From contig OZ076409.1 of the NCBI GenBank assembly GCA_964187785.1, positions 37,822,001-37,886,000 on the forward strand: a stretch of 64,000 nt of DNA, in the 5' to 3' direction. Below, piece by piece: positions 11,409 through 24,274 of this stretch. Numbering within the stretch: position 1 is the first letter of the stretch; every line of letters begins with the position of its first letter. The position numbers and the translations under genes were made by a program. This stretch comes from Amphiscolops sp. MND2022 (Eukaryota). Below the pieces are notes generated by a model, which saw only the letters and a program-made list of their open reading frames with translations, had not been told where the DNA came from and ran no database searches.

Positions 11409-12467
11409 GCACCAAAAGCCCCTATAAATAGCCCTTCCGAAGACGTATATGTCACGTGACGTTATTCAATTCTTTCATTCTACTTTTCAGTTGACCAATT
11501 GAATTTACTTCTTTAAAAAACCATTCCTTTATTTGACTAACACTTGTAGGACTGGAGACAATGTATGAATAACATTAGATCGACTTAAGGGCGGGTTGAA
11601 GGAAAAAGAAACAATCATTAAAAAGAAATATTATGGAATACTGAAACTTCGTAATACGTCTAAGACGTTTGGTTGAGAAACAAACGACAAAGACCATTAT
11701 GTCGACAAAACAATTGTTATTAAGAGGTGTTAATTGTTATTAAGAACTAACAACCACTAGTTTTTAAAACAATTAAAAATTAACAACAAGCAATTAAGAA
11801 ACGGTTTTTATCTACGGGGGGTGAGGCGTATTTGGATCTCATATAGGAATAGTGACCTACTTTATTTTCTTTGAGAAGACTTGGATGGGGGGGTGTTGTT
11901 GGATAAGAAACAGTATTTATCTGAGGGAGGATAAGGCACATGGTCCAAACTTCGTTTTTAGTTCAATAATTCAAGATTGGTTTTCCATAAACTACTGTTT
12001 TCGGTTTGAGAAAGTTTCAACTTCGTATAGACTATTTGTTACAACTTTTCTTGATGTTGCTCACGACAGGGATCAAAATAGATCCTTGTCAAAACCCTGG
12101 CTCAAAATACCCAGACCAAAATGACAAGTTAACCAATCGTTCCGGTGACCGTGCTTTGCTCACGACAGGGGCCAAAATTAAAATTAGTTGAGCTACATCT
12201 GATGAGGGCTGCAAATAGGAAACCCGGTCACAGATCAGTCAATTGTTATAATTGTACTAATTAGTAGATACGAGGCAGTTTATTTGCACGTAAACGCGTG
12301 GATGAAATACAGGTGTACAGGTGCGCAACTTGCATTGAATGCAGTTTATACGTACTATGCACGGTAGAGCTTAGTAATGATAACTAATTATTTTTTGAAT
12401 CATTGTTTACTTTGACTGGTTTACGATGCTGTGGTAAAATGAACACTGAATTTTGAATGCATATAAA

Positions 12468-12702
12468 CATGGTGTAAGTTAGTCAAAACTTTGACTAACT
12501 TCCACTTATTGCAAGTATAGCGATCTGCAATTTGCAAAAAGTGGAAGTTAGTCGAAGTTTTGACTGAATTACGAAAAAAAGTAATTTTGGATCAACTTCC
12601 ACTTTTCACTAACAGTGTTTGGCTAGTTTACACTAATTTCCATTAAGCGCGTTGACACAGCTACACCGTTGAAGCATAGACCGTCTTGACTAACTTACGC
12701 TG
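12468..12702. repeat. Array of inverted GT(G/A)AAGTTAGTCAA / TTGACTAACTT motifs, MITE-like
   Basis: AGTTAGTCAAA-AC-TTTGACTAACT palindrome at about 12477-12500; further copies near 12541, 12587 and 12686. Confidence 0.5.
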
Positions 12703-13830
12703 AATGACCATTTTACGGATTACACAGATTACGGTGCGTGACTGAAATCCATTTTACCGGGATGTGTATCGTAATGTCAGGTGGCCAAACGCCTTCTTTT
12801 AAGCGTATGTGTCGTTTTAACTAATTGTTGGATTTTCTTAATGCGGATTGTCAAAACTGTTGATTAGTTGTTTCCTCAGCGTTTGATTGTTTCGTCTACA
12901 TTCATTCAAAAAAGGTTTTAATCTACAACTGCTGCCTGTTTTACAGTTGTGTCCTATTACGCTGGAACCATGCAGCATTCCGAGCAATGTGGATCCAACT
13001 GACAGCGACAAGAAATCAATATAATTGTCCGGAGATCACTGTTGACTAACTGCTGTTATCAACTATGGAATGGTGAAACTGTACATGACAAGAGACGAAT
13101 ATGAAATCAATTTTAGTAGTGTTTAAATCACCAGTCTCCAAACAAATGACTAAGGATGGGATTTGTGCGAAGCATCCCATACGGAACTGGTTCCAGATGC
13201 AATCCCGCAATCTCGTCTGAATAGTGTGATACGTTCTAGTCACATGGTTGGTGGCTTCAGAAATGCTTATTCTGCCAGACCTTCAAACACTTGAGTAGAC
13301 GATGAGTGAGCTCCTGGAACTCAAAATGAGCGCAGTCCCTGAAATGGATCCCAAACAAACATCAGAACACAATGGACTGAATGGACTCTCCCTTGGTGAT
13401 TTTCTTTGATGTATTACATGTTGTGTCCATGTTGGAGCTGTTCATTTTGCATTGCAACGCTTTGATCACACACGATTCAAGTGCTATGATGCATTCTGTA
13501 GTACCCAACCTGGTAGGTGGACCCCAACTTGGTGCCTCCCTGCCTAAAACAAAAGAAAAATTGCAATTGAATTTCTTGCAACTATGCTTTCTTGCAATTC
13601 TTGGAATGCCGCGTACATTACCACCCTTAAAAGAAGTTTAAACTGGATTGAAACGAGTGGAAAGAGTTTTTTTAGAGAAATTGTTTTTATCCTCTAGAAT
13701 GCTGAAAAAGTGCTAAATTCAAAAGATCAAAAAGTGCTAATGTCAAAAAAAGTGCTGTCAAAATGGTGCAGAACTTTGGAGCAGTAAAAAAATTGAAATC
13801 ATGTTGCTAAAAGACCCGCTGGGTATGTAC

Positions 13831-13876
13831 CATCCTCTCTCGTTTGCCGAGGACGACAAACTACGGCCCGGGGAGG
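13831..13876 (+). promoter_or_regulatory. Pre-PPT stem-loop and short polypurine tract of E1
   Basis: GTTTG-C-CG-AGGA-CG-A-CAAAC followed by GGGAGGG directly before the LTR; near-identical copy at 31551-31595. Confidence 0.75.
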
Positions 13877-14573
13877 GTGTAACGTCCAGCAAACGTTGCA
13901 AAATTTCGTTCAAGAAGCAGAAAGTGCGCGAGTCAATATGGCCGACCTTGCAGGTCTTTGAAATCGAAAAGAGAGACAAAAAAATGACACAAAAAAGACA
14001 CAGATCCCCGATAGCGAAGAATAGGGTACCAGAAGGACTTTCAGAGGACCGAAAGTAGCGGTTTGTGTCGTCTTACCGAGAACAATGCCTCTGAAGACAA
14101 GAAAAAGGCATAGAACCCATCGATGGCTTATCCCAGAAACTCGAAAAACTAGATGAAGAAGCCAAATATGCAATTTCTTGTTTATTTCCTGTTTGTTATT
14201 AATGGAAATTTGCAAATTATTGATGGTGCTGGATCTACTAGATCCACTTTATCCCTGTTATTTACATTATTCTGCAAATTAATGTACTGTAACAGAAACC
14301 CCTGTTTTGGACCTCGGAGGTATGTAGGTACACGCAGGAACCTTAGGATACGTTTTTACGTGCTTGTGGGACGTGTCCAGACTTTGAGTGTGCCGGCACG
14401 TCGCCACGGAGCTTTAAAATGAGGAGTCTCCACGACGTCTTGGAAAAGTCCCTACTGAGACCTTTACTGGGACCAAAAACTGATGTTTAGGTTGTTATAA
14501 GACACTGGTCTCTTGTTGAGGCAACCTGGGCATTGTCCCGGTTCTAGAATTTAGCTGTTAGCTTGACGTTACA
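13877..14573 (+). repeat. 3' LTR of E1 (697 bp)
   Basis: TGTAACGTC...GACGTTACA termini; follows the PPT; block-wise similarity to the E2 LTRs. Confidence 0.9.
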
Positions 14574-15555
14574 ATGGCTTAAGGACCCGACAGCGATCGA
14601 TGGTGAGAGTGGAGGATTATTCGTAGTGATTGTGAGTTCACTTCCCTTTGTTTCAGACCGTGTTCACTGCTTAAAATGGTAGGTGAAGTGGTTTGAAGAA
14701 GATCTACTGTGGTAGAATGACGCCACGATTTTACTATTCACGTCTTTTCTGCCAGATTTTTGGCTTTCATACTTTTTTTGGCTATGATATTCGATTGGTA
14801 TGGGAAAACCTCAACTTGTAGGTGATTGAATACGCACGAGCACGATTCATCTCTGCCTGGTACTGACGGGGCCAATCCATGATACGGTGTTTTCACCTCA
14901 ACGTGATTAATGCAATGACCGTTGCGAAACCACATGTTCTACATCCATAGAGATGCGCTCGATTGTGTCTCAATTGATTGTAAGCTTGAAATGCGGTAGT
15001 CACTCCATCAGAAAGAAGTTCTGAAAACGTGCTTGATAGAAACATTTTCGATGCTGGACATTTCAATACCTTCGCTAAATAGTAGTAGCTCCACTATGTC
15101 GTTTCAGAATGTATTGGTGTCTTGGAAGCAACTGGATGCATGGTTGAGCCTGTCTCTGGACGTGAAAAACTTTGATGGGTGCTCAAGTCCATAAAAATTC
15201 TCTCAATTATAACATACTGAACGGGAGAAAACTGTTTCTTGCACTAACCGCACTTGTATTCCCTTCCACTTACCAACTCCTTTCCACCAACGAATCAAGA
15301 GTACATAAACTACAAGATAATAATGAGACAACTCAAAAAATTGTCATTGTTTTTACAAACTAAGAGTAAATTTTTTTGTGTCAGTCTCAAATATAGGTGC
15401 CGTGGCGTAGTTGGGGAATGATCCGAAACAATCAATCTAAACTACGATTACAATGGCTTTGAATGTCAAACCAAACTTTGAAGACAAAAAAAACATCTAA
15501 AGTTGGTTTCCACTAAAGTTCAATTTGTTTCCACTCGGGAATTCGTGTACTCAGT

Positions 15556-15556
<1 letters not shown>

Positions 15557-15590
<34 letters not shown>

Positions 15591-15612
15591 ATCTATCTAT
15601 CTATCTCTCTCT
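15557..15612. repeat. (CT)n/(CTAT)n microsatellite
   Basis: Read directly from the sequence. Confidence 0.95.
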
Positions 15613-15905
15613 TCTCAATGAACAGGCCTTATTGGCCTCGCAACTATACACCATTTAAACAACAGGGTTTGCGACTTTGTGAAAGCAGAAAGAATTTGGC
15701 GTTTCTAGTGACTTTTACATCGAGCGTCAAAGTTGACACTCTACATTTAATACAGTGAAAATTTTACCCTTGTCGCCCTGTACTACAATTGGAGATTAGA
15801 ATGGGAAACGCTGAAAGGGCAGGGGCTTAGACGGTAATGAAGACGAAACAGAGGAACGCCTTTTGCTGAGGTCTCTGTTCAATTTTAGATGTAAGGTCGG
15901 GATGT

Positions 15906-16118
15906 AAAGGGGGGACCCTTTAGTCTCGTCCGGTACTGTATGTTACGCGGAAAAACAGGAAAAACTTTTTTGGTTTAGTTCGCTAGGCCAAATGGTTCAA
16001 TTTCACACCATAATTTTTCGTAGAACTTTTGTAGAACCAATTTGATCAGTTCGTGTGGATTGGAAAAAAAGAGTCACTATATTAGTCGCGTTTCACTTCA
16101 TGAAGCGCCGATTAAAAA
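15906..16118 (-). mobile_element. Helentron/DINE-1-like non-autonomous element, 5' part
   Basis: Reverse complement of the repeat at 23143-23320; ends in GCGCCGATTAAAAA, matching the family 5' end TTTTTAGTCGGCGC. Confidence 0.65.
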
Positions 16119-17899
16119 CGATCCAGGACAATCAAGAATGTTTTCCTACACCAGCTCTTCAGAGGGCCGGAAAGTATAAAAACATTTGGAAATAAATTAT
16201 GAATAATAACCCATTGTGATTGCCAGAAAAACGGATCCAGTTTTAAACAAACATCATAATTCAGAGCTGGAAACGTGCTAGGGTTGCCGAAACAGGAAAC
16301 TTTGGTCTCAAAGAAACCTGAACATCACTTTGAGGGACTTTTCGTGTGAATAAGAGGCTGTTCTTTACATTGTTTACGAGTCCAAGGACAAGCAGGTAAA
16401 ATAACTTCCCCGGGTTCCTGGGTGATGCTATGAAAAATGTAACGGCAAGCTTTCACCATTGCCGCTGCTCAATCATAGAGATGGAGGAACCTATGACATG
16501 GGTATTTGCCCTGGACAGGCTCCCACAGCCATCGGCCCATTTTGCCTCCTGGAGTAAAAGTTGTCAATTAAGGAGGGGGTCGTCGTCTCTTAAGGAGCCC
16601 TCGCCAGCTTGGTCCAATCTTTACTTGCTGTCAGTAACGTGAATTACGCTTTGTCTTCGAAACTACCGCTTAGACAGCCTTTTAAAAACGTTCCAAAAGG
16701 AAATATAAATGTAAAATTCGTTTTTCATGGTGACTTGGGGAATAAGATCTAAAAGTAGCCATAAAATCACAACAAAATGCAACGATCTCGTCAATAACAA
16801 ATCTTTGGCAAGGTCCACATTCAGCTCGCAAGCTGGGACCCCACAGGCACAGATTTGTGACTTAGACGGAAAGACTCATCTTTACGGTTTTCGCTATTCA
16901 AGGTAGCACACTGCTGAAATCAAGGTTAGCACATGTAGAAGAACCTATTTTCAGAGGTTTTTGCAGTCTCTGGTGTCTGTTGTGGCGGCTCCCTTTTTGT
17001 TTTTGCTCGATCTTGCTCTTTGTTCTCGAAGTACCTGCCAATTCCGTAGAAGCAGCGAAAAGAGTAATCACATGCTCAGTGCCACGTCAAGCATTGAAAT
17101 AGAATTTCTCACGAAAGATCTTCAATCGCAACATCTTTGTATTTGGACATTAGAGGGTATCGTTCAACCTTTTTTACTCTCTAAATGGTACCCTTTTGGA
17201 ATTTTTTGTTTTTACAGTATACAAAAAAATCGCAGAGCCACCGCGCTTCAAAAAAATTTTGGACATGTCGAAAGTCTAAATTCCAATATCGACTGAATCT
17301 GCTGTACCAGAGGGTGTCGTTACAATTTTTATTGAGGTCTCAAAATGTGAGTTAGGCAAAATTCATTACCTTAAACGAGATACATAAGCTCGGCTAGAAC
17401 ATACATTTACAAAAACCTGCAAATCCTAAGTGGATGCAGTCTTTTCTCGTCTTCTCTGCAATTTTTCCAGCAAACTGTTGCTACTCTCCGCGAAACTTGG
17501 ATCTACTGAACATTCCATACAGTGTTTGAAGCAAACCAATTTACTTGATTTTTTGGATTAGGTCGTCCAATTTCTTCATTCTTGCAGTTATTGAGTGCAT
17601 CGGGATGTGCTCTGGATTCTGTGGTTTGGTATAGGATAGTTTTTGTTGTATGATTACTTTTTGCTTTTTCCGAGCTGACTTTGGACACGTGCCAAACTCC
17701 AAGGTTACGTCGAATTGCTAATCTTTACGTTGCAGGTTTTGAACCAGCTTTTGGTCCCCACGCTGGTTGACTTTACAATCGACAATGGAAACTATACGCC
17801 ATCCAAAAATTATTTATGGTTAATTTATGACAGAAACGTTTTCAAATATTGGTCATTCCCTGAACTAAACCTAATAAATAGTTTCATAGTTGGAATGGC

Positions 17900-18720
17900 C
17901 ATTTTTGACGTTGATGGAAAATACTCAGAAGTGTGCAAGCAATACAAACAATTGATGGGCCAAAGTGAAGCAGTCTTCAGATGTCTGTCGTGCTGTTGTG
18001 AAATGCATCTCAACGAATGTGCTGGGTTATCAAAGAACCTATTCAAGGCGATTCAGGAACTTGGGAGCAACATCCTACTTCTCTGCAATGAATGCGTAGA
18101 GGTGGGAAGACAGGATGCAATTGTGGAAGGGGAAGCTTCACCGAGATGGGAAGAGAAAAACGAAGATAAGCTTGATTTTGGTTAAAATTCAATTGTCTGA
18201 AATCAAAGAAACAATGGCGGATTTGAAAGATAGATCAAATGTTAATTCGATCTCTGCACCCACTGAACGTAGACCCACCCCCTCACGAAAAATATGATAC
18301 CAACGTTGAACGTCGTTTATAAGGTCTAGATGAATACAAGTCAAAGCCAAATGGAAAACTCTTTTCCGCCATTTTAGACTTTGAAACTCAGCAAGTTCAA
18401 GCAATTTTTGATTTCCTCGGACAAAAAAAACGGACATGAAAAACATTCGAAGGTTTGGGAAAAGAACCACTGAAACCGAGCGACATCGCACTATGCTACT
18501 AACCCTGTCAAACCCTTTGACGGCTCGAAACAATCTGTCAAAGGCACCGATGCCTAAAAACTTCAAACCTCAAAATGCGAAGAATGTATATATGTCCAAA
18601 TCATTGACAAAAGGTGAACAACTGAAGGAAAGCATGCCTTCAAAAAAGAAGGAAGTTAATAACCGAGGTTGGTATCAACCGAAAGATATTTCTATACGAA
18701 ACAAACTTCGAAATTTATGA
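17900..18720 (+). pseudogene. LINE ORF1 remnant with PHD finger
   Basis: CKQY...FRCLSCCCEMHLNECAGL...LLLCNEC; IRRFGK...R.MLLTL RRM-like segment; YMSKSLT. Confidence 0.75.
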
Positions 18721-19852
18721 GAAAGGGCAAAGAGTTGAAATCGACTACAAAATACAACCAAAGAATTCTGTATCTTGTGTTTCAACATTCGACATTTCAA
18801 CATTCAACAAAGTGAATAGACGCCAAACCTGTTCCAATTACCTCATGAGTGAGAACTAATGACAACATGCAGAACTAATGCAACAACTAATGCAGAAATC
18901 TGGGTCACCGAGAAGATAACAGAAAATGAATTATTTCTCCCTCAGTATCAATGTTTTCTCTCAAAACCCAAATCAACCCCGAAATCCACTTCATATGGAT
19001 TTACTATGATTTGTATCAAAGAACTATAAACTCTGAACATCTATACTTCGACTACTAAAAGAATGGATCGGTTACAGCGTGTAATGTTACCCTAGGGAAA
19101 AAACACCCACTTTTGTGCTCCTATTTCTCTCCTGAAAACGGCAAGTATGCGTATAACGAAGACCATTAGCAAGCTTTCGTCAGGAATATTGGAATCTCAC
19201 AAAAACATTTTGACGAAGTACTGATTTACGGCGATTTTAATTTTCCGACAATAGACAATAAACTGGAAGAGTCTTTCATCTTCTGTCTACCTTGGAAAAA
19301 AGTTCCCTGAACACATTGAGTCACACGCACTACAGCAGAGAGTAAAATTCCATACGGCTAGTTCTGGAATCTTGGATTTGTTTCTGGTGAGTGACAATGT
19401 TCAAGTAGTAAACGTCGTCCGCACATATCGAAACTGTCCAATCATTATCCTTTTGAAGCCCAATTAGTAGTGAAATCAAGCGGCCTACCACTAAGAAGTT
19501 GTGTCACACAACAAAACTACAGTTTTTGCATTGGAAATAATAGAGAACTCTCAAAATACACCACTGGAAACAAATTCTTCGATTACTGCTGGTCAAATCC
19601 AAACAAAATCCTAAAACTAGGCTATGAATGGTTTGATTGCGCTTTAGAGGTATAAGTTCCAAAGAAAACCATGCACTGATCATCATTACCACCCTGGATA
19701 AGAAGAGAAACCTCGCATTTGATAAAATGTCTGAAAACTGCTAGGGAAAGATATGGAGAGTCGCATACGAAAGTTAAAGACAAAATTACCTACGAACAGA
19801 ACTTGGCTGGGGAAAGGTCTACGACAAAGCTCTTCAAATGTTTCAGACATTA

Positions 19853-20735
19853 CAGTGGGGTAACCGGCAAGGCCTTCCAAAACTCGGAAAATGTTGAGCG
19901 AAAACTCGGGAATGCATGGGCGAGTTTTGTTGTTCATAACTGAAAATCTCGGAAACGAATGGTCTAAATCAACTATTCGTTGAACAATTTAATTTTATTT
20001 GTTTTAGTAAATTTCAAAAAAGAAAATACATCAAAATTACATACTAACACATCATAATACACATACACATCTCAAAACGTCAAAATATTTGTCATTATCA
20101 TAATTGAGCGATCATAATTGCCATTACATACAAAAGAACTGTTAAGTATTAAACAGTAATAAAATATAATAAATCAAAACTTATCAAGGTAATAATCCTG
20201 CAGAGAATGGCTCCGGAACGAAAAATAGTATTAAGGTAAGAATCCTGCAGATATTGGCTTCGGAATGAAGCTTTTCGTCATTGCCATTTTAAATTGTCCC
20301 CCCTAAAATATTGGGAAAATTATAATATAACTGATACAACTTAGTCAAAAAATGTTCCCGAATTAATTTGATAAACCAAAGAATGAACATTGAAAATCTG
20401 CATGTATAGATGAATTTTGAGACACTTCCATGTCAAAGCAATGTATTGAATTGGCAGAAGCGAGTGGCATATCTGTCTACAAATTGGGTTTCTTTGGGAA
20501 AGCGATGGAACTAATTGCCCGATTTCAACTCATCTGCGATTATGCATGGGAAATTAATTCCATCGCTTTCGCAAAGAAGCTCAATGCGTAACTTGTGCTG
20601 CTTCGGAAACCAATAGGAAATGTTTTTGGCTGCGAAACGATTGGGCATTTTCGGCCCATACCTTCAAACATGTCCATCGCTTTCCGAGCCGCACAACGAG
20701 TAAAATCGGCATTTTCGTTGCCGGATACCCCACTG
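19853..20735. mobile_element. Tc1/mariner-type MITE inserted in LINE ORF2
   Basis: TIRs CAGTGGGGTAACCGGCAA / TTGCCGGATACCCCACTG, flanked by TA on both sides; LINE coding similarity resumes afterwards. Confidence 0.85.
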
Positions 20736-20849
20736 TAATGGAGCTTTTAGGAAAGAAAATTTTCCAAAAAAATGAATCATGAGAAAGCACCAGCGGACGA
20801 TGATTTATCCAAAACCTCCTTGCGACATATGTTGCCTCAGTATACCCGC

Positions 20850-22450
20850 ATTCAACAACCTTTCAGCACACAAGTGAAAAATCCGATGTGAAATTCAACA
20901 ACGATATTTGATTCAGCGAATAGGAAGTCATGACTATATGTAAAGATCTGAAACAAAAATAAGAGTAAAGGACCTGATGGCCTACCTCCTTTGCTTTTCA
21001 AGAAAATATGTCTTTTTTTCCCACACTCTCTATGCCAACTCAATCGAAAAAGTTTACAAACAGGCATTTTCCCGGATCTTTGGAACGACGCTGTTGTTAT
21101 TCCTATATTCAAAAAAGGTAACAAATTACACGTCACAAACTACAGGCCAGTTTCTCCATTGATCATTCTTCTAAAATCTTCGAACATATTCTCTCTAAAA
21201 AATTATACAAGCAATGTGGTGAATACCTTCGTGTGTCTCAGTATGGTTTCAGAAAAAAGTCTCCCACCCAATATTCAGTTGATTACGTTTCACCAAAATG
21301 TTTACAATGGAATTGTGTCTCAACAAGAAATCGACATAATGTTTACAGGTTTCTTTATAGACTTCGACAGACCCCATCATGGTACATTACTACAAAAATT
21401 ACATGATTTAGGTGTACGTGAGAATCAATTCGAAGTTTTGAAAACTTACCTCTCTGGTCGCTCGCAAAGAGTTAGGTTAGATAACGAGCTGTCAAAAGAG
21501 ATCCCGGTAACAAGTGGCGTTCCGCAAGGCAGTATACTCCGTCCACTGTTTTCCTGATCTTCATCAACGACCTGCAAGGAAAATGTGAACAAATTTTTCT
21601 TTGTTCTTCGCGGACGATGCAAAATTTTTAGGTATTGGCTTTTCTCAAAAATGGCACAAAAGGACACAGATGTACTGCTGGAGTGGACTAAATGAAGTAA
21701 ATTGCCCTTTGATATGGATAAATGCAACCACATGGAAATTGGTGAAATTCAAAAACAATTCAAGTTTGGAGACGAACTATTACACAGGGTGTCAGTTCAA
21801 TCTGACTTGGGCCTAATGATCTCAAAAGATTTGAAATGGAATCTACACCTAGACAAAGCCTGCTCGAAAGCTATCAGAGTCTTTCACATGATCAAACGCA
21901 ACGTATCAAATCTCAATACGGAAGCAAAATTAAACCTATATAAATTATGTGCGGTGCCGGTCATCTTACATGGGTGCCCATGCTATGGAATGAGCAAATA
22001 TGTAATATCTGAACTATAAAATGTCCAAGGAAGAGTCGTAACTGGATTAATTTGGGAATTAAATCTTACAAACAACGCAATAATCTCTATCAATTTTACC
22101 CTTACCTAGGTACATCCAGATCAACAATATTCTACTTTCTAAAAAGCTACCAGGTCTAAAATTGCATACGCCTCTACAATGTTAAAAAGTACTATGTACT
22201 CAAGTTTCTGCCGCCAAAGTTTGTCTCAGCTGAAAAGACCGAACAGAAAGATACTGGAGGAAGATTACTTCTTTCAAACATGCAGACTAGCAGACTCCCT
22301 AAAATTGACCTACTCAACCAGATCGACCTTAAGAACACGCTAATAAACTTCTTCTGGAGTAACTTCAAAATTTACGACGAAAGATTCAATTGCTCGTGGA
22401 GACTAGACTAGCATATGATTGTACGCTAAACAATTGCAGAAGCAAGATGT
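20850..22450 (+). pseudogene. LINE reverse transcriptase remnant
   Basis: GIFPDLWNDAVVIPIFKKGNK..NYRPVS; YLSGRSQRV; GVPQGS; FADDAK; DLGLMISKDLKW. Confidence 0.92.
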
Positions 22451-24274
22451 CAGTATACAAAAACAATTTGTGATTTATTTATGACTGAAAAGTTTCCAAA
22501 TAATGGTCACTTTTTGAACTATATGATTTGATATATGGACCTTGCATGAACTAAATGTTTTGTATATGGTCATCGAATGACTTGCACGCTTTCCATAAAA
22601 AATTTCAGTTAATTTGAGGTGATTCCTTTGGAAGAGTAGTGGCCTTCGGCTATTCATTCTGAAGGTGGAAACGGAGTGAAATATTTGGAAAACGTTTTGT
22701 CCATAAAACATTCTTGTGTTGTCATTGTTTAGATTGTTTTTTCTTGTATGGCTTAGCTGACTTCATACATCCATCACCATAAATGACTTTTAATGATCTA
22801 GTTAATTGAAGACCGGAAAAGTTAATTTGGTAGCTAGTTTTGTAAATTGGTTGATGGCAAGAGCCAATTAACATTCCCACATCAACAAAAATTTCCGATT
22901 GACTGATATTTACTAACATTGTTAAACAAAAGCCAATTTTTGTTTTCAGTAAACAATCAAGCAAAGGTTCACTCATTAGGCGAAAGTTTCAATGAGATGT
23001 TTTTGAAGGCAAACAGCTCTTGGAGCTACATTAAAGTTTTAAAAAAATATTTCAAAAAAGAATTAGCCGAAGGAGACAATGCAAATAATTGGGGAAAGTT
23101 TAGAATTTTGCGGACGTTGAAAACTCGCATCGTAGTAACTAGTTATTATGTGAAACGCGACTATTATAGTGACTTTTTTAATCCACACGAACTGACCAAA
23201 ATAGTTCTACAAAAACGAATTTTTAAGGTGTCAAATTTATCCATTTGGCCTAGCAAACTGAACCAAAAAGGTTTTTCCGCGTAACATACAGTACCGGGTG
23301 AGACTAAAGGGCCCCCTTGAGTTTTTTAAGCATTCTAAGACCAAATAAGTTTCCCCAAAAAATGGTCCCCTTCAATTTTTTGATGTTTTGCAAAAATGGA
23401 TGTTAAAAATCCGAAAAGGTTCTTGGTTGTGATCAGTATGGGAAATTATAAAATTATAAGTTCTTCAACCTAGGAAATTGTGCACGAATTTGCGATTGTT
23501 TTGTTTGAAAAACGTCATTAGACATAGCGTAAAAAAGAAAAACTTTCATTATTCGTCCATGTTCTAGATCGGAAAGAAAAGTTATCATTCGGTGAATTTG
23601 ATGAAAACTTTTGCTAAAACGAATTTCCACAGCATTGAACGATAAACAATTGGCAACTCAACAATTTTTGAACATTAAAATGGGAGTTTTTCCAGAATAA
23701 AAACCCCAAAGTTCCAAGACATTCAAACCTTTCATGGTAACCTTTTGTGCATGCGATTGTAGAAGCTCACGTCATTCTCTCTCTTCGATGTAGAGTCACA
23801 GACATTCACCGTCATCATTAAAAAAATCCCTGGACATCCTTTGTCGGTGTGATTCCTTGAAACTGTCATGAGCTACAACAACAGCTATTTTGTATCTGCA
23901 GAACAATCGTCTTAGATTGCTGTAATTAAAGCTCTTTGTTTTCTTGCATTCACTATGTTGCTCATGGGGCAATCATTTTTCTTAGACATCCGATGGGTTT
24001 GGTTTTTTCAGTATTGTCTCAAAAACCGAGTTTCTTTGTAATAACTGAGTCTGTGAATACCGAATTTGTAAATAAGTGAGTCTAATTAATCGAGTTTCTT
24101 TCTCCCTTCAAGATTCCGAACCACTTCTAAATTTTTTCATTGTCTTCGAAGACGATTCTCAGCTTCTTGATCTTTTCCGCTCCCTTAACCTGATTCTCAT
24201 CGGAGCTATCTGCCAAACTTACAATGTCTCATTCAATTCACTTCGAACTAGATTATCCTGGTATCACACGGAAA
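21588..24274 (+). repeat. Tandem segmental duplication, copy 1 (about 2.7 kb)
   Basis: Colinear with 24275-26810 plus 32310-32534; contains the LINE 3' end, a DINE-like fragment and unique DNA. Confidence 0.92.

Larger units (their letters stand above)
1..14573 (+). mobile_element. Ty3/Gypsy LTR retrotransposon E1, decayed; 5' LTR outside window
   Basis: Domain order gag-PR-RT-RH-IN; purine tract followed by an LTR (TGTAACGTC...GACGTTACA) at 13877-14573; leader 23-1830 is homologous to the internal leader of E2. Confidence 0.93.
17715..22490 (+). mobile_element. CR1/L2-group LINE, decayed
   Basis: ORF1 with PHD finger; APE endonuclease motifs (IYGDFNFP, ILDLF, NHYP); RT motifs KSKGPDG, NYRPVS, SGVPQGSIL.P, FADD, DLG; Cys-rich C-terminus. 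Confidence 0.9.

Noticed and set aside
12955..13543. Possible antisense exon in the E1 3' region (TTTTAG acceptor, Cys-rich end)
   Set aside because: About 8 stops in about 195 codons, close to random expectation; no recognisable domain
14574..15200. Moderately GC-rich minus-strand frames after the E1 LTR
   Set aside because: Interrupted by stops, with no recognisable motif or splice signals
15396..15470. tRNA A-box-like GGTGCCGTGGCGTAGTTGG
   Set aside because: No convincing B box or cloverleaf
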